From NCBI GenBank assembly GCA_002066995.1, contig MWTC01000031.1, positions 11,649 to 75,648 of the forward strand: 64,000 nt of DNA, given 5' to 3'. The notes under the pieces were generated by a model. It was not told the DNA's origin, ran no database searches, and saw nothing but the letters and a program-made list of their open reading frames with translations. A program made the translations under genes and the position numbers. The DNA is from Sphingobacteriales bacterium UTBCD1 (GTDB taxonomy: Bacteria > Bacteroidota > Bacteroidia > Chitinophagales > Chitinophagaceae). Of this stretch, positions 47,796-54,265 are shown in pieces; position 1 is the first letter of the stretch; each line of letters begins with the position of its first letter.

Positions 47796-48029
47796 ATGAA
47801 CTTTTTTTCGCACATACGGAATAAGATAAGAGAATCCAAAAAATTTACTATTATATTTATTGTTATATACAGCGTTATATTTTTTTTACTCTTAAGACTA
47901 TTTATTCCGGTATATGCTCACTCTTCAGATTTAATATTATTAATAATCACCAATCTTGTTGTAGTCTTTTATATTCGAAAAAAATTTTTAATTAAAAAAA
48001 AGGAGAAGGATCATCAACAATTGAAATAA
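47796..48029 (+). CDS. Small two-helix membrane protein, putative immunity protein (type A, copy 1)
   Basis: 77 aa: basic N-terminus MNFFSHIRNKIRESKK, two hydrophobic helices and a Lys-rich tail ending DHQQLK. Starts 30 nt after the toxin stop. Confidence 0.6.
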   Translation: MNFFSHIRNKIRESKKFTIIFIVIYSVIFFLLLRLFIPVYAHSSDLILLIITNLVVVFYIRKKFLIKKKEKDHQQLK

Positions 48030-48260
48030 AAAGACCCGGCCAGTCGGTTGATAAACGTTTAACAAAAAGGTTATGGAGGTGCTGATATTAAAGGCGCATT
48101 TGTCGGTGGTAGAATAGGTTTAGCTGCAGGGGCTCCGGGTGTATTTGCGGGAGCAATTTTGAGTAGTGCAGTTTTTTCTTCAGGGCGGGTATTATGGGAA
48201 GCCGCTAAATGCATACCTTATGTAGGAGGAATAATTAGATGGTTAGATGATTGGTTTTAG
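48030..48260 (+). other. Orphan toxin C-terminal cassette 1 (frame intact from 48063, no start codon)
   Basis: 48063-48260 translates to QKGYGGADIKGAFVGGRIGLAAGAPGVFAGAILSSAVFSSGRVLWEAAKCIPYVGGIIRWLDDWF*, collinear with the last 64 aa of the full-length gene. A TAA at 48060-48062 replaces a Lys codon (INV*QK vs INVKK). Confidence 0.75.
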
Positions 48261-48291
48261 TTTATTTCATGATTTTATTAATTTATTTGAT

Positions 48292-48522
48292 ATGAACTTT
48301 TTTTCGCACTTACGGAAGAAGATAAGGGAATCCAAAAAATTTACTATTATATTTGGTATCATATACAGCGTTATATTTTTTTTACTCTTTAGACTATTTT
48401 TTCCGGAATATGCTCACTTTTCGGATTTAATATTATTAATAATTACCGGGTTTGTCGGTGACTTTTATATCCGAAAGAAATTTTTAAATAAAAAAAAGAA
48501 TGATCATCAACAATTGAAATAA
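48292..48522 (+). CDS. Putative immunity protein (type A, copy 2)
   Basis: 76-aa paralogue of 47796-48029. I use the internal ATG at 48292, because the ORF-track start at 48247 lies inside the cassette tail. Confidence 0.6.
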   Translation: MNFFSHLRKKIRESKKFTIIFGIIYSVIFFLLFRLFFPEYAHFSDLILLIITGFVGDFYIRKKFLNKKKNDHQQLK

Positions 48523-48752
48523 AAAGACCCGGCCAGTCGGTTGATAAACGTTTAACAAAAAGGTTATGGAGGATCTGATATTAAAGGCGCAATTGCCGGT
48601 GGTAGAATAGGTTTAGCTGCAGGGGCTCCGGGTGTATTTGCGGGAACAATTTTGGTTAGTGCAGTTTTTTTTCAGGGCGGGTATTATGGAAAGCTGCAAA
48701 ATGTATTCCTTATGCAGGATCTGTGATCAGATGGTTAAGTGATTGGTTTTAA
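48523..48752 (+). other. Orphan toxin C-terminal cassette 2 (frameshifted)
   Basis: Near-identical to cassette 1 at the 5' end. There is a 1-nt deletion at the T8 run (48665-48672), which puts the VLWKAAKCIPYAGSVIRWLSDWF* tail out of frame. Confidence 0.7.
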
Positions 48753-48778
48753 TACAGAGAAATTATAATAAAATTCTT

Positions 48779-48994
48779 ATGAAATTTTTATCCAGGTTAA
48801 GAAATAAAATTTGGGAATCTGCTCCACTATTCTACATCTTTGGTTTGATAAACAGTGTTATTGTTTTTTTCCTTCTTAGGCAATTTCTTCCTGAATGGAC
48901 AGACTTTTCCGTTTTAATCATTGTCATTATTTCCGGTATAATTGGTGACTATTATATAAGAAAATGGTACATTAAAAAAAATAAAAAGGAGTAA
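48779..48994 (+). CDS. Putative immunity protein (type B, copy 1)
   Basis: 71 aa starting MKFLSRLRNKIWESAPLFY, with the same two-helix architecture. Internal ATG at 48779 used. Confidence 0.55.
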   Translation: MKFLSRLRNKIWESAPLFYIFGLINSVIVFFLLRQFLPEWTDFSVLIIVIISGIIGDYYIRKWYIKKNKKE

Positions 48995-49029
48995 TCATTG
49001 GAGCTGCACTTATGACATGGCTTATTCAT

Positions 49030-49109
49030 CAGGAGCAGTATTATGGGAAGCCGCAAAATTTATACCATACGTAGGGAATGTAGTAAGATGGTTATCTGAT
49101 TGGTTTTAA
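49030..49109 (+). other. Orphan cassette 3: tail-only remnant
   Basis: Encodes ...SSGAVLWEAAKFIPYVGNVVRWLSDWF*. It and its 3' flank match 47690-47795, offset 1345 bp. Confidence 0.7.
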
Positions 49110-49140
49110 TCTATGTCGAGATATTGAAAAATGACCTTAA

Positions 49141-49371
49141 ATGAATTTTTTTTCATACATAAATAATAGGATAATAAAATCCAAGAGATTTGCGATAATT
49201 TATAGTATTATTGTAAGTGTTATTACATTTTTTCTCGGCGCACTATTTATCCCTGATCTTAGGGATATTCCCGACCTGATAATAAGTATTCTTACCGGGC
49301 TTGTCGCCCACTTATATATTAGAAAATTTTTAACTGAAAAAAAGGAGAAGGATCATCAACAATTGAAATAA
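49141..49371 (+). CDS. Putative immunity protein (type A', divergent)
   Basis: 76 aa starting MNFFSYINNRIIKSKRF, two helices, tail EKDHQQLK. Confidence 0.55.
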   Translation: MNFFSYINNRIIKSKRFAIIYSIIVSVITFFLGALFIPDLRDIPDLIISILTGLVAHLYIRKFLTEKKEKDHQQLK

Positions 49372-49601
49372 AAAGACCCGGCCAGTCGGTTGATAAACGT
49401 TTAACAAAAAGGTTATGAAGGAGCTGATATTAAAGGCGCAATTGCCGGTGGTAGAATAGGTTTAGCTGCAGGGGCTACAGGTGTATTTGCGGGAACAATT
49501 TTGGTTAGTGCAGTTTTTTTTCAGGGCGGGTATTATGGAAAGCTGCAAAATGTATTCCTTATGCAGGGAATGTAGTAAGATGGTTATCCGATTGGTTTTA
49601 A
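49372..49601 (+). other. Orphan toxin C-terminal cassette 4 (frameshifted)
   Basis: Same 5' junction (AAAGACCCGGCCAGTCGGTTGATAAACGTTTAACAAAAAGGTTATG) and the same 1-nt deletion as cassette 2. Tail is ...AGNVVRWLSDWF*. Confidence 0.7.
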
Positions 49602-49631
49602 TTTAGAGTCAATTATTTAAAAATACCTTAA

Positions 49632-49865
49632 ATGAAGTTTTTTTCCGCTTTACGGAATAAGATAAGAAAATCCAAAAGGTTTACTATTTTATTTAGTGTT
49701 ATATACAGCGTTATATTTTTTTTACTCTTAAGACTATTTATTCCGGAATACGCTCACTCATCAGATTTAATATTATTAATAATCACCGGGATAGTCGTTG
49801 ACTTATATATTCGAAAAAAAATTTTAATTAAAAAAAAGAAGAATGATCATCAACAATTGAAATAA
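49632..49865 (+). CDS. Putative immunity protein (type A, copy 3)
   Basis: 77 aa starting MKFFSALRNKIRKSKRF, a paralogue of copies 1 and 2. Confidence 0.6.
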   Translation: MKFFSALRNKIRKSKRFTILFSVIYSVIFFLLLRLFIPEYAHSSDLILLIITGIVVDLYIRKKILIKKKKNDHQQLK

Positions 49866-50095
49866 AAAGACCCGGCCGGTCGGTTGATAAACGTTTAACA
49901 AAAAGGTTATGGAGGAGCTGATATTAAAGGCGCAATTGCCGGTGGTAGAATAGGTTTAGCTGCAGGGGCTACAGGTGTATTTGCGGGAACAATTTTGGTT
50001 AGTGCAGTTTTTATTCAGGGAGGGCATTATGGGAAGCTGCAAAATGTATTCCTTACGTAGGGTCTGTGATCAGATGGTTAAGTGATTGGTTTTAA
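49866..50095 (+). other. Orphan toxin C-terminal cassette 5 (frameshifted)
   Basis: Same junction sequence. It is 1 nt shorter than cassette 1 in GCAGTTTTTATTCAGGGAGGGCATTATGGGAA. Tail is ...VGSVIRWLSDWF*. Confidence 0.7.
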
Positions 50096-50121
50096 TACAG
50101 AGAAATTACAATAAAATTCTT

Positions 50122-50352
50122 ATGAAATTTTTATCCAGGTTAAGAAATAAAATTTGGGAATCTGCTCCACTATTCTACATCGTGGGTTTGATAAACACTG
50201 TTATTGGTTTTTTTCTCCTTACTCTATTCATTCCTGAAATGAGAAATTCTGGCTATCTCATACTATTTATAATCTGTGGATTAATCACTGACTATCTCTT
50301 AAGAAAGATGTACTATAAAAAAAAGAAGAATGATCATCAAGAATTGAAATAA
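50122..50352 (+). CDS. Putative immunity protein (type B, copy 2)
   Basis: 76 aa starting MKFLSRLRNKIWESAPLFY, with the first ~20 aa identical to the 48779 copy. Internal ATG at 50122 used. Confidence 0.55.
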   Translation: MKFLSRLRNKIWESAPLFYIVGLINTVIGFFLLTLFIPEMRNSGYLILFIICGLITDYLLRKMYYKKKKNDHQELK

Positions 50353-50395
50353 AATTCATCTGAAGAAAAGAACTACACAGCCTTCCAATTAAAAT

Positions 50396-50415
50396 TCCCG
50401 GCTTTGCGACCGGGA
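50396..50415. terminator. Hairpin between the toxin array and atpC (possible bidirectional terminator)
   Basis: TCCCGG-CTTTGCGA-CCGGGA. The flanks are A/T-rich but have no long U-run on either strand. Confidence 0.3.
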
Positions 50416-50459
50416 TCAATAAGTTAAGAGTGTTAAAAGATTTACACCTGAGTTCTTGA

Positions 50460-50720
50460 TTATTCGCCGAGCTGCTTTGCGCCTTCTACAAGTACGGTAA
50501 CCTTATTGCGCAGCACCTCAACAAAACCTCCCTGAACCTCAAACTGAGCGGTATTATTTTGTTTGTCTTTTAAAATTTTCAGGTTGCCGGCTTTCAATGC
50601 ACTTACCAATGGCGCATGTTTCTCCAGTACTTCAAAACTGCCGCTGATGCCCGGCATCTGAACGCCGTACACTTCGCCGCTGTATAATTTTTTTTCCGGG
50701 GTTAAAATTTCTAAGTTCAT
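50460..50720 (-). CDS. atpC: F0F1 ATP synthase subunit epsilon (short form)
   Basis: 86 aa. LEILTPEK..Y.GEV..V..PG..G.F.VL..HAP is the N-terminal beta-sandwich of epsilon. The helical C-terminal domain is absent. Confidence 0.85.
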   Translation of the reverse strand: MNLEILTPEKKLYSGEVYGVQMPGISGSFEVLEKHAPLVSALKAGNLKILKDKQNNTAQFEVQGGFVEVLRNKVTVLVEGAKQLGE

Positions 50721-50733
50721 AGTATTGAGTATA
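50721..50733. repeat. Left arm of the 13-bp perfect inverted repeat bracketing the four-helix-bundle gene
   Basis: AGTATTGAGTATA is the exact reverse complement of 51252-51264 (TATACTCAATACT). It abuts the atpC start codon. Confidence 0.85.
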
Positions 50734-50751
50734 AAATATTAAGCACTCATA

Positions 50752-51117
50752 TCATTCTTCGCCTTTCAAAGTATTATAAAAAGCAAGGATCATTTTATAA
50801 ATCTGCAAGGCCTCATCAATCAAAGATTCATAAATCTCTTTTGTCAGATAGTTAACTCTAAAAGCAAGCTCAATCTGAGTTTGTGCTTCATTTATCGAAC
50901 CCATTGAGATTTCAAGAAATCTTTTAAACTGTTTATTGGTACCTCTCCCTGCTCCTTCAGAAATATTACTTGGTACAGAGACCGCACAACTCCGAAGTTG
51001 AGCAGTAAGTCCATATTTTTCTTCCTTTGGAAAATTTGCGCTTACTTCATAAATCTTAACCACATAATCCATGGAACGCTGCCAGATCTTTAACTCCCTG
51101 TAATTATGCATGCCCAT
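50752..51117 (-). CDS. Four-helix-bundle protein (23S rRNA intervening-sequence protein family)
   Basis: 121 aa with the family pattern Y.EL.IWQ....V..IY.....FP.EE.YGLT.Q.RS.AVSVPSNI.EG.GR....F..FL.I..GS..E..TQ. Confidence 0.85.
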   Translation of the reverse strand: MGMHNYRELKIWQRSMDYVVKIYEVSANFPKEEKYGLTAQLRSCAVSVPSNISEGAGRGTNKQFKRFLEISMGSINEAQTQIELAFRVNYLTKEIYESLIDEALQIYKMILAFYNTLKGEE

Positions 51118-51130
51118 TGAGAGATATTTA

Positions 51131-51172
51131 GACCTTAAGTATTCAGTATTGAGACCTTAAGTATTCAGTATT
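51131..51172. repeat. Tandem direct repeat, 2 x 20 nt with a 22-bp period (GACCTTAAGTATTCAGTATT)
   Basis: 51131-51150 and 51153-51172 are identical and contain the AGTATT(C/G)AGTATT motif related to the flanking inverted repeat. Confidence 0.85.
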
Positions 51173-51251
51173 AAGATTGATGGTATTTAGATTAACTAAA
51201 GAACTTACTTTATCCTTTCAAAACATGCTGCACAATACAGCAACAAATCTA

Positions 51252-51264
51252 TATACTCAATACT
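51252..51264. repeat. Right arm of the 13-bp inverted repeat
   Basis: TATACTCAATACT, 20 nt from the atpD stop codon. Confidence 0.85.
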
Positions 51265-51284
51265 AAAATCTCTTTTTCTCTCCC

Positions 51285-52796
<1,512 letters not shown>

Positions 52797-52987
52797 TTAT
52801 TTCAGGGCGCAAAGGTAAGGGCCAAACGGTAATCTTCCAATTAGAAAATAGCCTGTTCTTTCAATGTGGAAAAGAGGTTTATTTATCCCGGGGTATTTTC
52901 TTTAATTGCACCCTTTCCATTGCTATAAAAGGAACGTAAGAACACCCTGAATTCTCATTCCAGATACTTCTTCATTACATTTGCCGG

Positions 52988-54202
52988 ATGCAACTTACCG
53001 AGGTTAACAATAAAAAACTTGCTAATGAATTTTTATTGGTAAACGTGGAAATAAACCGGAACAACCCTGCCTACATCCGTCCGCTGGACAAGGATATTAA
53101 TACCGTTTTTGATCCTGAAAAAAATAAATCTTTTCGTTTTGGTAAGGCCACCCGCTGGGTATTAAAAGATGAATCTACGGCAGGCTCTGAAGGAAAGCTG
53201 ATCGGCCGCATTGCTGCTTTTACCAATAGCAGGTATAAAAATAAAGGTGATGATATCCCCGTAGGATGTATCGGTTTTTTTGATTGCATTAATGATCAGA
53301 ACGCTGCCGACATACTTTTTGACGTAGCAAAACACTGGCTGATGCAGCAGGGAATGCAGGCAATGGATGGACCAGTCAACTTTGGTGAAAGGGACCGATG
53401 GTGGGGACTTGTAGTAAAGGGAAATGAAATCCCTCCAATGTATGGGATGAATTTCAACCCACCCTATTATCAAAAGTTGTTTGAGAACTATGGATTTAAG
53501 AAATTTTATAACCAGATCTGCTTCGCTTTAAAAGTAAATGGCAGACTGCAGGAAAAATTTTTTGAGCGGCATGCAATGTGTGCCAGGGATCCAAATTTCA
53601 GCTCCACCCATTTAAAGAAAAATCAGTTAGAAAAGTTTGTAAAAGATTTTACCATAGTTTACAACAGGGCATGGGCCGGCCACGGAGGCATGAAGCAGAT
53701 AGAAGAAAAAGTAGCTTTCAAATTGTTTAAGGCGATGAAACCGGTACTGGATGAGCGCATCAATTGGTTTGTATATTATAAAGGTGAGCCGGTGGGAGTA
53801 TGGATCAACCTGACCGACCTGAATCAATGGTTTAAATACCTGAACGGAAAGTTTGATTTCTGGCATAAACTTAAATTTCTCTGGATCAAATCAACAATAA
53901 AAAACAAAAAATTTACTGGCCTGATCTTCGGAGTAGTGCCTGAGTTCCAGGGCAAAGGTGTTGACAGTTATTTGATTGTAGAAGGTGCTAAGGTGGTGCA
54001 GGGCTTACATATTGAAAACGGTGAATACAAGAATGGAATACCCATATATGAAGATTATGAAATGCAATGGGTAGGTGAGTTCAATCCTAAAATGATCAAC
54101 ATAGCGGAATCTCTTGGAACATACCGGAGCCGGATCCTGACCACTTATCGTTATTTATTTGACAGAACCAAAGAATTCAAACCCCATCCCGTCCTGGACT
54201 AA
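52988..54202 (+). CDS. Conserved hypothetical protein, possible GNAT-fold acyltransferase
   Basis: 404-aa ORF. GVVPEFQGKGVDSYL resembles GNAT motif A (Q/R-x-x-G-x-G/A). Nothing else is assignable. Confidence 0.5.
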   Translation: MQLTEVNNKKLANEFLLVNVEINRNNPAYIRPLDKDINTVFDPEKNKSFRFGKATRWVLKDESTAGSEGKLIGRIAAFTNSRYKNKGDDIPVGCIGFFDCINDQNAADILFDVAKHWLMQQGMQAMDGPVNFGERDRWWGLVVKGNEIPPMYGMNFNPPYYQKLFENYGFKKFYNQICFALKVNGRLQEKFFERHAMCARDPNFSSTHLKKNQLEKFVKDFTIVYNRAWAGHGGMKQIEEKVAFKLFKAMKPVLDERINWFVYYKGEPVGVWINLTDLNQWFKYLNGKFDFWHKLKFLWIKSTIKNKKFTGLIFGVVPEFQGKGVDSYLIVEGAKVVQGLHIENGEYKNGIPIYEDYEMQWVGEFNPKMINIAESLGTYRSRILTTYRYLFDRTKEFKPHPVLD

Positions 54203-54265
54203 AAATTTATACACAATAGTTCTCTTTTTCCTGCGGGTTGAGATGGTTTCTTAAATTGCAGTATC

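Larger units (their letters stand above)
47690..50380 (+). repeat. Diverged tandem duplication (~1345-bp unit, two copies), each unit = toxin tail + immunity A + cassette + immunity A + cassette + immunity B
   Basis: Anchors are offset by 1340-1345 bp: 47745 vs 49090 (tail plus TAATCTATG), 47796 vs 49141, 48292 vs 49632, and 48779 vs 50122. Confidence 0.75.

Noticed and set aside
48247-48291. The ORF-track N-terminal extensions of three small ORFs (48247, 48743, 50086).
   Set aside because: The extensions start inside the preceding cassette tail (overlapping ...WLSDWF*) and are not shared by the paralogues. The conserved M(N/K)F(F/L)S start aligns with the internal ATGs at 48292, 48779 and 50122.
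47559-50095. The multiple near-identical copies of a C-terminal coding segment could be template/variable repeats of a diversity-generating retroelement.
   Set aside because: There is no reverse transcriptase ORF anywhere in the window. Differences between copies are of mixed types and include indels, so they are not adenine-specific.
47796-50352. The regularly spaced repeats could be mistaken for a CRISPR array.
   Set aside because: The repeat period is ~450-500 bp (1345 bp at the higher level), not 60-75 bp. The repeated parts are protein-coding-like and the 'spacers' are paralogous ORFs. There are no cas genes.
46600-50460. The toxin array might be a mobile genomic island.
   Set aside because: I could not find an integrase, transposase, tRNA attachment site or flanking direct repeats. 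Only the AT-rich composition and the internal duplication suggest accessory status.
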